DNA of 64,000 bases from Gemmatimonadota bacterium. GTDB lineage: Bacteria > Gemmatimonadota > Gemmatimonadetes > Gemmatimonadales > GWC2-71-9. The notes under the pieces were generated by a model. The model saw nothing but the letters and a program-made list of their open reading frames with translations. It was not told the DNA's origin and did no database searches. The position numbers and the translations under genes were made by a program. Positions 1-9,204 of this stretch are shown piece by piece (positions within the stretch are counted from its first letter, which is position 1; every line of letters begins with the position of its first letter). The stretch spans positions 69,381 through 133,380 of the forward strand of contig QHUZ01000040.1 in the NCBI GenBank assembly GCA_003223395.1, given 5' to 3'.

Positions 1-720
1 CTGAAGCGCGTCAGTGTGGCGCGCGGCATCGATCCGCGCGGGATGGCGCTGCTGCCGTTTGGCGGCGCGGGGCCGCTGTTCGGTTGTGCCTTGGCCGATG
101 CCCTGGGGATGTCGCGCGTCATCGTGCCCCCGCATCCCGGCGTGTTGAGCGCGCTCGGCCTCGCCGCCGCGCCGGAGCGCGTGGACGTCCTGGCTTCGCT
201 GCACCGCCCATTGGCCGATCTCGCGGGCAGCGACCTGGCGCATGCGTTCGAACCGCTCGTCGCGGCGGCCGGAGCGGCGCTTCCTGACGCTGAGCTCACG
301 CGCTTCGCGGATTGCCGGTTTCGCGGGCAGGGGTACGAAGTCACGGTGCCGGCGCCGCGCGACGATGCCGCGACGCTCGCGACGGCCTTCCGCGCCGCCC
401 ACCGGGCGCGGCACGGTCATGGGGATTCGGACCAGCCCATCGAGCTCGTCAATGTGCGGGTCGTGGCCGAGCGCGCGGTTGGCGCGGCACCCGTCGGCCG
501 GCGCGCCGGCATCGGCATGCCGAGCGCGGGACGCCGCATGGTTGTGACGCGCGACGGCAAGCGGGTCCGCGCCGACGTGTGGCCGCTGGGAGAAATGCCC
601 GCAGGCCGTCTGCTCAACGCCCCCGCGGTTCTCGCTGGGCCCGATGCGACGGGCTTCATCGAGCCGGGCTGGCGCGGCACCGTGCACGCATCGGGCGCGG
701 TGATCGTGGAGCGGGCGTGA
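1..720 (+). CDS. Hydantoinase/oxoprolinase family protein, A-type subunit, C-terminal part (5' end lies left of the window)
   Basis: The frame is open from base 1; the listed M at 16 is an internal GTG. The sequence is hydantoinase_A-like ([37 protein letters not shown]). The stop TGA 718-720 overlaps GTG 717 of the next gene. Confidence 0.8.
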   Translation: MKRVSVARGIDPRGMALLPFGGAGPLFGCALADALGMSRVIVPPHPGVLSALGLAAAPERVDVLASLHRPLADLAGSDLAHAFEPLVAAAGAALPDAELTRFADCRFRGQGYEVTVPAPRDDAATLATAFRAAHRARHGHGDSDQPIELVNVRVVAERAVGAAPVGRRAGIGMPSAGRRMVVTRDGKRVRADVWPLGEMPAGRLLNAPAVLAGPDATGFIEPGWRGTVHASGAVIVERA

Positions 721-2252
721 GGCTCGACGCCGTCGGTCTCGAGGTGATGGCGCACGCGTTCGCCGGGGTCGCGGAGGAGATGGGACTCGTGCTCGTGCAC
801 AGCGCGCTGTCGCCGAACATCCGCGAGCGGCGCGACGCCTCGGCCGCCCTGTTCGATGCCGATGGCGAGATGATTGCGCAGGCGGCCCACATTCCGGTGC
901 ATCTGGGGGCATTGGCCGATGCCGTCGCAGCGGTGCGCACCCTCGAGCCCACTCCCGGCGAGCTGTTCCTGCTCAACGATCCCTACGCCGGCGGCAGCCA
1001 TCTTCCTGATCTCACGCTCATCGGCGCGATCGACATCGACGGACACGTCGGAGGCTACAGCGTCGTCCGGGCCCACCATTCCGACATCGGCGGGATGACG
1101 GCGGGCAGCATGCCGGCAGGCGCGCGCGAGCTCTATCAGGAAGGCCTCGTCATTCCGCCCACCCGTCTCACGCCGGATCTCGAGCGTCTGGTCCTGGCCA
1201 ATGTGCGCACGCCGGCGATGCGGCGCGGCGATCTCGCGGCGCAGCGCGCGGCGGTGGAGCGCGGCGCGACCGGCATGCGGTCGTTGGCCAGACGGCACGG
1301 GTGGACTGCGTTGCGCGATGCGGCGCGTGAGCTGCTCGACTACGCCGAACGCCGGACGAGGTCGGCCCTCAGCCGTCTGCCAACAGGAAGCATGACCGCA
1401 ACGGATTATCTGGAAGGCGATGGCGTCGTCGATGACGATCTCGAGATTCACGTGAGCATCGCCATCGAGGACGGAGTCTTTCACGCCGATTTCACGGGGA
1501 CTCGGGGACCGGCGCCGGGCAACGTGAACTGTCCGATTGCCGTGACGCGCTCCGCGGTGTTGTTCGTGGTCCGCACGCTCTTGCCCGACGATGTGCCGAT
1601 GAATGGCGGCGTACCGCGCGCGATCCAGGTGACGGCTCCGCCGGGATGTCTCGTCAATGCGCGGCCACCCAGCGCGGTCGCGGCCGGAAATGTCGAGACG
1701 TCGCAGCGCATCGCCGACACGGTGTTTCGCGCGCTCGCGGCCGGTGGCTGTGTCGTGCCGGCGCAGGGCCAGGGTACGATGAACAACGTGACTTTCGGAG
1801 GGATCGGGAGTCGGGAGTCAGGAGCCTGGACCTACTACGAAACGATTGGTGGCGGGCAGGGTGCGAGTCGCGGTGCCAATGGTCCGTCGGGCGTCCATGT
1901 CGGTATGTCGAACACGCTGAACACGCCGATCGAGGTACTGGAGATGGAGCACCCCCTGCGCGTGCGCACCTACGCGCTGTGCATTGGCAGCGGCGGCCCG
2001 GGGCAGTGGCGGGGGGGCGACGGCGTCGTCCGCGAATTCGAGGCGCTCGCCCCGATGGAGACGACACTGCTCACCGAACGCCGGCGGCACGGGCCTGCCG
2101 GTGGAGCGGGCGGACAGGATGGCAAGGCGGGAGCGAATCTGCTCAACGGTCAGCGACTGGCGTCGAAGATCACCGTGCGGTTGGCCGCGGGGGACGTCCT
2201 CCGCATTGAAACCCCGGGCGGTGGTGGCTGGGGGAAAGGGCACAGCACATGA
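717..2252 (+). CDS. Hydantoinase B/oxoprolinase family protein
   Basis: The listed ORF 312-2252 is Arg/Pro-rich before about 716. GTG 717 (GTGA overlap with the upstream stop) begins [23 protein letters not shown]. The body is hydantoinase_B-like ([21 protein letters not shown]-terminal TPGGGGWG). Confidence 0.8.
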   Translation: MRLDAVGLEVMAHAFAGVAEEMGLVLVHSALSPNIRERRDASAALFDADGEMIAQAAHIPVHLGALADAVAAVRTLEPTPGELFLLNDPYAGGSHLPDLTLIGAIDIDGHVGGYSVVRAHHSDIGGMTAGSMPAGARELYQEGLVIPPTRLTPDLERLVLANVRTPAMRRGDLAAQRAAVERGATGMRSLARRHGWTALRDAARELLDYAERRTRSALSRLPTGSMTATDYLEGDGVVDDDLEIHVSIAIEDGVFHADFTGTRGPAPGNVNCPIAVTRSAVLFVVRTLLPDDVPMNGGVPRAIQVTAPPGCLVNARPPSAVAAGNVETSQRIADTVFRALAAGGCVVPAQGQGTMNNVTFGGIGSRESGAWTYYETIGGGQGASRGANGPSGVHVGMSNTLNTPIEVLEMEHPLRVRTYALCIGSGGPGQWRGGDGVVREFEALAPMETTLLTERRRHGPAGGAGGQDGKAGANLLNGQRLASKITVRLAAGDVLRIETPGGGGWGKGHST

Positions 2253-2605
2253 CGTGGACACTGGTCTCGTTGCTCGGCCTCCTCGCGGGGGTCATCTCGG
2301 GATTGTTCGGCGTGGGCGGCGCGGTCGTCATCATTCCGGGCCTCGTGCTGATCGCCAAGCTGCCGCAACACACCGCGCATGGGACGTCGCTGGCGGCCCT
2401 GCTCCTGCCGGTCGGCCTGCTCGGCGTACTCGAGTACTCCAAGCGCCAGCAGGTGAACTGGGGTTATGCGGCGGTCGTCGCGGTCGGACTGCTCATCGGC
2501 GCGTATTTCGGAGCACGGCTCGCGGGATCGATTTCGGACGTGACGCTGCGGAAGGCGTTCGGCGGGTTTCTGCTACTGATTTCGGCAAAGTTGCTCTTGA
2601 CCTGA
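2249..2605 (+). CDS. TauE/SafE (DUF81)-like membrane protein, half-size (118 aa)
   Basis: ATGA overlap with the hyuB-like stop. Four hydrophobic helices with Gly-rich blocks (GLFGVGGAVVIIPG) typical of the sulfite-exporter TauE/SafE family. The length is about half the usual family length. Confidence 0.6.
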   Translation: MTWTLVSLLGLLAGVISGLFGVGGAVVIIPGLVLIAKLPQHTAHGTSLAALLLPVGLLGVLEYSKRQQVNWGYAAVVAVGLLIGAYFGARLAGSISDVTLRKAFGGFLLLISAKLLLT

Positions 2606-2609
2606 CCGT

Positions 2610-4538
2610 TCAGGGTTGGGCTGCGTCCTCGACCTGGCGTTGAAACACCTTGCCTTCGATGAAGAGCCTGAAGAGATCCTGGTCGAGCTGGCCTTCCTTC
2701 ACCTCGGTGGTGAGGATGTCGAGCGCGCGATCGATCGAGACGGCGCGTTTGTACGGCCGGTCCTGCGCCGTCAGCGCGTCGTAGATGTCGCTGATCGTCA
2801 TCATCCGCGTCTGAATGGGAATCGCCTCGCCGGTCACGCGCCGCGGGTATCCGCGCCCGTCCATCTTCTCATGATGGCTGTAGGCGATGAGCGGGATCTG
2901 CTGCAGCTCCCGGGTCCAGGGAATGCGCTGCAGAAACTGATATGTGTGGGTGACGTGATTCTCGATCTCGTGGCGCTCGGCGTCGTCCAGGCTGCCTTTC
3001 CGGATCGTCAGGTAGCGCATTTCATCGGGCGAGAGAAACGGCTCCGTCGCCCCGTCGAACGCCAGATAGTTGCGCTTCGACCACGCCTTGAGCTCGTCGA
3101 AGCTGCCGTCCGGGAGAATACTGGGCTCGTTGGCCTGCAGCACGATCTCCAGGAAGCGATCCAGCTCCGCGAGCTCCTGCGTGTGCGCCGCTTCGAGCTC
3201 CGCGACGAAGCTGTGATATCCCTTCTTGTCGTTGCTCTCGAGATACTCGGCCCGCTTCCGCCAGAACTCGCGCTCCGCGGTGCGCCGGATGAACGCGTGG
3301 CGGTGGCGCACCAGCCCGAGGTCCGACGGGTACAACTTCTTTGCTTTGATGAGGACCTGCTCGCGTACGCCGACCTTGCCGAAGTCGTGGAGCAGGGCTG
3401 CGTAACGAATCTCTTTCAGCTGTTCCCGCGTGAACGTGATGTCGCGATAGGGTCCATCGCCGGTGCGGTCCACGATCTCGGCGAGCCCCACCGTCATCCC
3501 CGCGACGCGCCCGCTGTGGCCGTAGGTCGTGGGATCGCGCTGCTCGATCGCGTGCACCGCGGCGAGCACGAACCCCTCGAACAGCTTCTCGATGTCTTCG
3601 TAGAGCCGGCTGTTCTCGATGGCGACCGCGGCCTGACCAGCCAGCGCCGTCACGAGCTCCACCGTGCGCTTGGAGTACGGCACGACCTGGCGGTCCACGT
3701 CGACGGGCGCGGAAAGAATCGCATCGAAGTTGCGCTTGCGGTTGATCAGCTGCAGCACGCCGATGATCTCGTCCTTGTGATCCTTCATCGGAATCACGAG
3801 CATCGATTTCGTGCGATAGCCGTAGCGCTCGTCGAACGACCGGTTGATCGTGTACTCGACGTCGGGCGGCAGGAAGTAGGCGTCGTCGATGACGAGCGGG
3901 TCGCCGGTCACGGCGCAGTAGCCGGCCAGGCTGCCGCGATCCACCGGGATCGTGTGCTCGACGAACGGCGCTTCGGGCTTGGAATATGTTTGCGCCAGCC
4001 GGAACCGCAGTCGCCGGTCGCCGTTCGCGTTCGTCTCGACGAGATACAGGCTGCCCGCATCCGACTGCGTGATGCGGCGCGATTGGGTGAGGATCAGCTC
4101 GAGCAGGATCTTGATATCGCGCTCGGTGCCGAGCGCGACCCCGATGCGCGTCAGCTCGCCGATTTCCCGGGCCCGCTGCGCGGCCTCGCCCCGCGCCCGC
4201 GCCGTTTCCGCGCGCGCCGCGGCCTCGCGGAAGCCGGCGCGAATCGCGACCAGCAACCGCCGCGGGCTCGTCGGCTGCGTCAGAAACCCGGACAGAAACT
4301 CGGTGGGCAGTCCCTCGGGGACGTCCGTCTCGCCGTTGCGTCCCAGCGCCACGATCGCGCCGCCCGCGTCCACGAACGAGCGCATGACGTCCACCGGGAA
4401 CGCGGAGCGGCTCTCGGCGTCGAGCAGGAAGACCGTGGGCCGGTCGTCGGTCACGGCGAGATCTTTCGCCTGGCGCACGGTCCTGGCCTCCACCTGCGAG
4501 GTCTCGAGTGCCGGCGCCACCGCTTCGGGACGCCACAT
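2610..4538 (-). CDS. GAF domain-containing HD-GYP phosphodiesterase (receiver-like N-terminus)
   Basis: HD-GYP motifs LHDFGKVGV and HHEKMDGRGYPRR, with a central GAF-like region. The start is set at ATG 4538 (MWRPEAV) because the upstream part of the 700-aa ORF is Arg-rich and runs into the previous gene. Confidence 0.8.
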   Translation of the reverse strand: MWRPEAVAPALETSQVEARTVRQAKDLAVTDDRPTVFLLDAESRSAFPVDVMRSFVDAGGAIVALGRNGETDVPEGLPTEFLSGFLTQPTSPRRLLVAIRAGFREAAARAETARARGEAAQRAREIGELTRIGVALGTERDIKILLELILTQSRRITQSDAGSLYLVETNANGDRRLRFRLAQTYSKPEAPFVEHTIPVDRGSLAGYCAVTGDPLVIDDAYFLPPDVEYTINRSFDERYGYRTKSMLVIPMKDHKDEIIGVLQLINRKRNFDAILSAPVDVDRQVVPYSKRTVELVTALAGQAAVAIENSRLYEDIEKLFEGFVLAAVHAIEQRDPTTYGHSGRVAGMTVGLAEIVDRTGDGPYRDITFTREQLKEIRYAALLHDFGKVGVREQVLIKAKKLYPSDLGLVRHRHAFIRRTAEREFWRKRAEYLESNDKKGYHSFVAELEAAHTQELAELDRFLEIVLQANEPSILPDGSFDELKAWSKRNYLAFDGATEPFLSPDEMRYLTIRKGSLDDAERHEIENHVTHTYQFLQRIPWTRELQQIPLIAYSHHEKMDGRGYPRRVTGEAIPIQTRMMTISDIYDALTAQDRPYKRAVSIDRALDILTTEVKEGQLDQDLFRLFIEGKVFQRQVEDAAQP

Positions 4539-4599
4539 CGGCGGATGGAGGAGGAGGTATCTCACGGCTTGGCGCCCACCCAGCCGTTGAAGGGGTCCG

Positions 4600-5307
4600 T
4601 TAGGACGACTTCGCCTTCTGCAGGCCTTCCTCCGCCTCAGCGTAGCCGGGGAAGATGACCAGCGCGCGATTGAACATTTCGACCGCCTTGTCCTTCTGAC
4701 CGTGATCGGCATACAGGAGGGCGCGCGAGTAGTATGTCAGCGCCTCGGTCGGCACTTGCCGGCCCATGCGCTGTTCCGACGCTCCGCCTTGTCGCTGCAG
4801 CGCCGGCAGGTTCGCGTCCTTCATGAGCCGCGCCGCGATGTTGCGGATGATGTCGAACATGTGATCGCGCTGCATCCGCTCCGATTCGGTCTTCACGACC
4901 TCCCCGGTCTCCGTATTGATCAGCCGGACGTCGACGCGGAAGTCGCCGTAAAAGTCCACGAACGTACCCATGACCATGTAGCGGGCGCCGACGAGTTTTC
5001 CGATCTTCGAGGCGGTCTGCGGATCGACACGACCCTGCGCGCCGAGATTCTGCTCGTCCACAAGGCGCTGCACTTCCTGGCGCTCGACCACCCGCGCCGC
5101 GGGATTCTGTGACAGCTCCGAAATCATCATCCCGGCAATGCCGCGCTCGAGGGCGTCGAAGTCTTCCTTGCCCTGGCCGTAGGAGCCGCCGTTGTTGAAC
5201 GGAAGAACGGCGATGCCCGGGCGGGTATCCTGGTTGCGCCCTCCCTGCTGCGCTCCGAGGACCACCGGCACCAGGGTCAACACCGTCAGCACTGCACGCG
5301 CGCGCAT
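4600..5307 (-). CDS. Secreted CsgG/TolB-N-like module protein with a C-terminal TPR-like tail
   Basis: ATG 5307 is preceded by AAGGAG. Signal peptide MRARAVLTVLTLVPVVLGAQ. IAVLPFNNGG...YMVMGTFVDFYGDFRVDVRLINTETGEVV resembles the CsgG/FlgO/LpoB-type fold. The C-terminus (ALTYYSRALLYADHGQKDKAVEMFNRAL) is TPR-like. Confidence 0.65.
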   Translation of the reverse strand: MRARAVLTVLTLVPVVLGAQQGGRNQDTRPGIAVLPFNNGGSYGQGKEDFDALERGIAGMMISELSQNPAARVVERQEVQRLVDEQNLGAQGRVDPQTASKIGKLVGARYMVMGTFVDFYGDFRVDVRLINTETGEVVKTESERMQRDHMFDIIRNIAARLMKDANLPALQRQGGASEQRMGRQVPTEALTYYSRALLYADHGQKDKAVEMFNRALVIFPGYAEAEEGLQKAKSS

Positions 5308-5321
5308 AACTACTCCTTGGG

Positions 5322-6206
5322 TCACAGGGTCACCTGCATACCTTCCTGGGCGGCTGCGACGTCGAGCGATCCTCCGCGCGCCTTGGCGAACTTGCACGCC
5401 GCCGCCACCAAGCCATCCATTGCGTCGTCGCCGTGCTCGGGCTCGTGATGGAACAGGACGAGCTTCTTGGCGCCGGCATCGTGGGCGAGGGTCACCGCTT
5501 CTTCATAGGTCGAATGACCCCACCCGCGGTGCTGTTCGAGCTCCTTCGGCGTGTACATGGCGTCGTGAATCAGCAGGTCGACACCCTTCAAGAACGTCAC
5601 GAAGTCGCGCCGCCAGCTCGCCGGGACTTCGTATTGTCCGCCGCCGCCCAGCTCGTTGTCCGTCACGTATGCCATGCTCGGCCCGCCTGACCGCTTCGCG
5701 GGCGTGAGCCGGAATCCCAACGTCGTCCCCGGGTGCCGCAGCTTGATCGTCCGCACGCGGAACTCGCCGATCGAGAACTCGTCCGAGTCCACCTGCTGCA
5801 CCGTCAGCGACGCCGACAGCGCGTCGAGCGGAACCGGGAACACGGCGGGGTCCATCTGTTGTCGCAGGATCGCTTCCAGCGATGCGGTCCCCTGACGTGA
5901 GCCCCAGATGCGCACGGTATTGCCGGGCGCGAAAAACGGCTTGAAGTGCGGCAGTCCCTGAATGTGATCCCAGTGTGCGTGCGACAGCAGAATCTCGACC
6001 TTGGCGGCGCCGTTCTGTTTCGCGACCAGATCCAGCCCCAATGCCCGGATTCCGGTGCCGGCGTCGAGGACGACCAGTTGGCCTTCGCTGCCTTCGACGG
6101 CGACGCACGGCGTGTTGCCGCCGTAGCGCGACGTTGCGGGCCCGGGAGTTGGAATACTCCCCCGGGTTCCCCAGAAGGTCACCGTGTACGTCGTGAGTGT
6201 CGGCAC
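5322..6206 (-). CDS. MBL-fold metallo-hydrolase
   Basis: HxHxDH motif (LSHAHWDHIQG). N-terminal FWGTRGSIPTPG is typical of PhnP/RNase Z-like MBL proteins. GTG start at 6206. Confidence 0.8.
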   Translation of the reverse strand: MPTLTTYTVTFWGTRGSIPTPGPATSRYGGNTPCVAVEGSEGQLVVLDAGTGIRALGLDLVAKQNGAAKVEILLSHAHWDHIQGLPHFKPFFAPGNTVRIWGSRQGTASLEAILRQQMDPAVFPVPLDALSASLTVQQVDSDEFSIGEFRVRTIKLRHPGTTLGFRLTPAKRSGGPSMAYVTDNELGGGGQYEVPASWRRDFVTFLKGVDLLIHDAMYTPKELEQHRGWGHSTYEEAVTLAHDAGAKKLVLFHHEPEHGDDAMDGLVAAACKFAKARGGSLDVAAAQEGMQVTL

Positions 6207-6250
6207 ACCGATACTCGGGCTAAGTTACTGGCAATTAGTGACGTAGAACC

Positions 6251-6264
6251 GTGACGCGAGTCAC
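6251..6264. promoter_or_regulatory. CRP-type palindrome GTGA-N6-TCAC
   Basis: GTGACGCGAGTCAC overlaps the stop codon of the Crp-like gene, 45-58 nt upstream of the MBL gene start (6206). A further GTGAC lies at 6238-6242. Confidence 0.3.
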
Positions 6265-6932
6265 GACCGGCCCGCCGCCTGCTCGAGCGAGCCGCGGTCC
6301 TTGATCACAATGTCCTTGCGACTTACGTCAATCAGTCCCTTATCGACGAGCTCGCGCATGGTGCGCGACACCGTCTCGCGGGACGATCCGATCATCTGGG
6401 CGATCGTGTGATGGGTGAGACGGCGCGTGATGCGCTGGCCGTCCGTTTCATCGGCGAGGTCGAGCAACAGCTGGGCGACGCGGCCATGCACGTCGAGCAG
6501 CACGAGGCTGCCGACTTTTTCATCGACGCGGCGCAGCCGCCGCGACAGCTCGCGCAGCAGCGCGAGCCCGATGCCGGGGGAATGCTCGAGGATGCCCTGA
6601 AAGTCTTCCCGCCGCAGCACGTAGAGCGTCGAGTCTTCCATCGCGATCACGTGCGCCGAGCGGGGCTCGTCGTCGATCAACGCCATCTCGCCGAAGAACT
6701 CTCCCTCGCCGAGCACCGAGAGAATGACTTCGCGCCCGTCCTCGCCGATGAGCACGACTTTGACTTGACCCTTCGCGACGACGTACAGCGCGTCGCCGGG
6801 ATCGTCCTCGAACAGGATGACAGAGTTTTTGGGGTAGGCGCGGTCGCGCGCCACTTCCACCACTCGCTGCAGGTCGGCGGTGGAGAGCTGGCTGAACAGC
6901 GGGACCTTTTGCAGCACCTCAGTGGCAGACAC
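6261..6932 (-). CDS. Crp/Fnr family transcriptional regulator (cNMP-binding domain + HTH)
   Basis: cNMP-binding beta-roll (GEGEFFGEMALIDDEPRSA) and a C-terminal HTH (TIAQMIGSSRETVSRTMRELVDKGLI). Confidence 0.85.
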   Translation of the reverse strand: MSATEVLQKVPLFSQLSTADLQRVVEVARDRAYPKNSVILFEDDPGDALYVVAKGQVKVVLIGEDGREVILSVLGEGEFFGEMALIDDEPRSAHVIAMEDSTLYVLRREDFQGILEHSPGIGLALLRELSRRLRRVDEKVGSLVLLDVHGRVAQLLLDLADETDGQRITRRLTHHTIAQMIGSSRETVSRTMRELVDKGLIDVSRKDIVIKDRGSLEQAAGRS

Positions 6933-6986
6933 GCGAACAGCTTACGGCCTGCGTCTGGCGGTGTCAATCGAAGCAAAGCCCAAGCC

Positions 6987-7016
6987 TTGCAGCCAAGTTG
7001 CTGCGCTGTTTATATT
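6987..7016 (+). promoter_or_regulatory. Sigma70-like promoter candidate for the rpmE operon
   Basis: TTGCAG (6987-6992), 18-nt spacer, TATATT (7011-7016). It lies about 45 nt upstream of the rpmE GTG, in an unusually AT-rich patch. Confidence 0.35.
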
Positions 7017-7060
7017 TCCGCACTTCGTTCTGTCCGACAATTCAGGCAAGGATGTGTGCA

Positions 7061-7273
7061 GTGAAACCCGGGATTCACCCCAAATACCAACGGGCCACCG
7101 TCCAATGCGCGTGCGGCAACAGCTTTGTCACGCGCTCGACTACGCCCGTGATTCACGTCGAAGTCTGCGCCAGCTGCCACCCGTTCTTTACGGGTAAGCA
7201 GAAGCTGCTCGACACCGCTGGCCGCGTGGAGCGCTTCCGCCAGAAGTACGGAACCAAGGCCGGAGCGAGCTAA
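7061..7273 (+). CDS. rpmE: 50S ribosomal protein L31
   Basis: GTG 7061 is preceded by AAGGA 9 nt upstream. VKPGIHPKYQRATVQCACGNSF...CASCHPFFTGKQ is the L31 signature with zinc-ribbon cysteines. Confidence 0.9.
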   Translation: MKPGIHPKYQRATVQCACGNSFVTRSTTPVIHVEVCASCHPFFTGKQKLLDTAGRVERFRQKYGTKAGAS

Positions 7274-7277
7274 TCTC

Positions 7278-8336
7278 GTGGAGACCCGACTCCGCCAGGC
7301 GCTCGCGCGGGCGGAGGAGGTCGCCCGGGAGCTGGCCGACCCCGCCACCACGCGGAATCCCGCCAAACTCAAGCAGCTGGGCCGCGAACACGCGCAGCTC
7401 GACGAAATCCGGCAGACCCACCAACGTATCGAGCGTCTCGAGGCCGAGCTGGGGCAGGCCCAGGAAGTCCTCGCCGACAAGGACCCCGAGCTCTCCCAGC
7501 TCGCCCGCGCCGACGTCGATCGCCTCCGGCCCGAAATCGACCGGCTCGAGGCGGAGCTCGCGGAGCTGCTGACCCCCAGTGATCCGTTCGACGATCGCGA
7601 TGCCATCGTAGAAATCCGGGCCGGCACCGGAGGAGATGAAGCCGCGCTGTTCGCCGCCGATCTCTTCCGGATGTACACGCGCTTCAGCGAGCGGCGGGGA
7701 TGGAAGGTGGACATCCTCTCGCTCTCCGAGGGAACGCTCGGCGGACTCAAGGAAGCGGTGTTCGCGGCCCGAGGTCCCAAAGCATACGGGACGCTGCGCT
7801 ACGAATCTGGCGTGCACCGCGTCCAGCGCGTCCCCGTCACCGAGCAGCAGGGCCGCATCCATACCTCCGCCGCGACCGTCGCCGTCTTGCCGGAAGCGGA
7901 AGAGGTGGACGTCAAGATCGAGGACAAGGATATCCGCATCGACGTGTTTCGTTCGGGCGGGCCGGGGGGCCAGAGCGTGAACACCACCGACAGCGCCGTC
8001 CGCGTGACGCACCTGCCGACCGGCCTCGAGGTGAAGTGCCAGGATCAAAAGTCCCAGCTGCAAAACAAGATCAAGGCGATGGAGATCCTGCGCTCGCGAC
8101 TCCTGGACCGCAGGGTCGCCGAGCAGGAGGCGGCCCGGTCGCGCGAGCGGCGCGCGCAGGTGGGCACCGGTGACCGCTCGCAAAAAGTCCGCACGTACAA
8201 CTTTCCCCAGAACCGCGTAACCGACCATCGCATCCACTTCACGACGCATAGCGTGGATCAGGTGCTGGACGGGAAGCTCGACGATCTGATCGAAGCCGTG
8301 AAGCAGGCGCAGGAGAAGGAGCGGGCGGGTGTTTGA
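7278..8336 (+). CDS. prfA: Peptide chain release factor 1
   Basis: GGQ motif (SGGPGGQSVNTTDSAVRVTHLPTG) and the RF1-type P-x-T tripeptide (RVPVTEQQGRIHTSAATVAVLPE). GTG start 4 nt after the rpmE stop. Confidence 0.95.
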   Translation: METRLRQALARAEEVARELADPATTRNPAKLKQLGREHAQLDEIRQTHQRIERLEAELGQAQEVLADKDPELSQLARADVDRLRPEIDRLEAELAELLTPSDPFDDRDAIVEIRAGTGGDEAALFAADLFRMYTRFSERRGWKVDILSLSEGTLGGLKEAVFAARGPKAYGTLRYESGVHRVQRVPVTEQQGRIHTSAATVAVLPEAEEVDVKIEDKDIRIDVFRSGGPGGQSVNTTDSAVRVTHLPTGLEVKCQDQKSQLQNKIKAMEILRSRLLDRRVAEQEAARSRERRAQVGTGDRSQKVRTYNFPQNRVTDHRIHFTTHSVDQVLDGKLDDLIEAVKQAQEKERAGV

Positions 8337-9204
8337 CCGGTCACGAAGCAGCGGCGGCGGTCGAGAGACACTGCGTCGGTCAAATGGCAAAGGCGGCGGT
8401 CAAGAAACGACTGCGGCGGTCTGGGCGGCCGTGTCAGGTATGACCGTTGGTGAGGCCTGGCTGCGGCGGGACGAACCGAAGTCGCCCGAGCTGTTGGCGC
8501 GATATGATGGGGCGGTAGCGCAGCTCGAGCGCGGCGTTCCGTTCGCATACGCGGTGGGATCCGCCGGCTTTCGGGCATTGGATCTCAAAATCGATCGGCG
8601 CGCGCTCATTCCGCGCCCGGAGACCGAAGGACTCGTCGAGTTGGTACTGGCACGCTGTTCGGGCGGTCTGGTCGCGGACATTGGGACGGGCTCTGGTTGT
8701 ATCGCGCTCGCGCTCGCGGTCGAAGGACAGTTCGCACGAGTGGTCGCCGTCGAGCGGTCGGCCGACGCCGCGGCGCTCGCGCGTGAGAATGTGAAACGTG
8801 TTTCGCCCAAAACGCCGGTCGAGATTCGCGAGGGGGACCTGCTTGCCCCGCTGGCGGATAGAGCGGATCGATATCGCGCCATCGTCTCGAACCCACCCTA
8901 CCTCACTCCGCGAGAGTACGCCGAGCTCGAGCGGTCGGTCGCGGAGTTCGAGCCGCGCGAGGCGCTGGTGAGTGGGAGCGACGGACTCGAAGCGACACGG
9001 GCCATCTTTGCGGGGGCCGCAGCCCTGCTCGAGCCGGATGGGCTGCTCGCCATCGAGATCGACGAACGGCGAGCCGACGCGATTCATGTGCTTGGTCGTG
9101 ATTATGGATGGAACGTTGAAATCCACGCCGACCTGTTCGGTTGCCCGCGCTATGCGCTCGCAACCCCGGGGCATGGCCCCGGTGCTAATACATCGGAGGA
9201 ATAG
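8329..9204 (+). CDS. prmC: Release factor glutamine N5-methyltransferase (PrmC/HemK); start uncertain (GTG 8329 or ATG 8440)
   Basis: NPPY motif (IVSNPPYL), SAM-binding DIGTGSGCIALALA, and PRPETE. Third-position GC is visibly lower in 8329-8439 than downstream, which favours ATG 8440. Confidence 0.85.
   Translation: MFDRSRSSGGGRETLRRSNGKGGGQETTAAVWAAVSGMTVGEAWLRRDEPKSPELLARYDGAVAQLERGVPFAYAVGSAGFRALDLKIDRRALIPRPETEGLVELVLARCSGGLVADIGTGSGCIALALAVEGQFARVVAVERSADAAALARENVKRVSPKTPVEIREGDLLAPLADRADRYRAIVSNPPYLTPREYAELERSVAEFEPREALVSGSDGLEATRAIFAGAAALLEPDGLLAIEIDERRADAIHVLGRDYGWNVEIHADLFGCPRYALATPGHGPGANTSEE
8334..8425. repeat. Five direct copies of a CGGTC-centred motif at 19-20 nt spacing (prfA-prmC junction)
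   Basis: CGGTC at 8338, 8358, 8377, 8397 and 8417. Extended GCGGCGGTC at 8354, 8393 and 8413, with variants TGACCGGTC (8334) and GCGTCGGTC (8373). Each copy is followed by a purine-rich tail. Confidence 0.75.

Noticed and set aside
312-716. The N-terminal 135 codons of the listed 646-aa ORF.
   Set aside because: This part is Arg/Pro-rich and overlaps the hydantoinase A frame. The family-like sequence starts at GTG 717, which overlaps the upstream stop.
2616-4658. A 680-aa plus-strand ORF.
   Set aside because: It lies antisense to the well-supported GAF/HD-GYP gene. The sequence is Arg/Leu/Glu-rich with no recognisable motifs, which is the typical shadow ORF of a GC-rich genome.
7188-8390. 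A 400-aa minus-strand ORF.
   Set aside because: It lies antisense to prfA, which is unambiguous (GGQ and PVT motifs).
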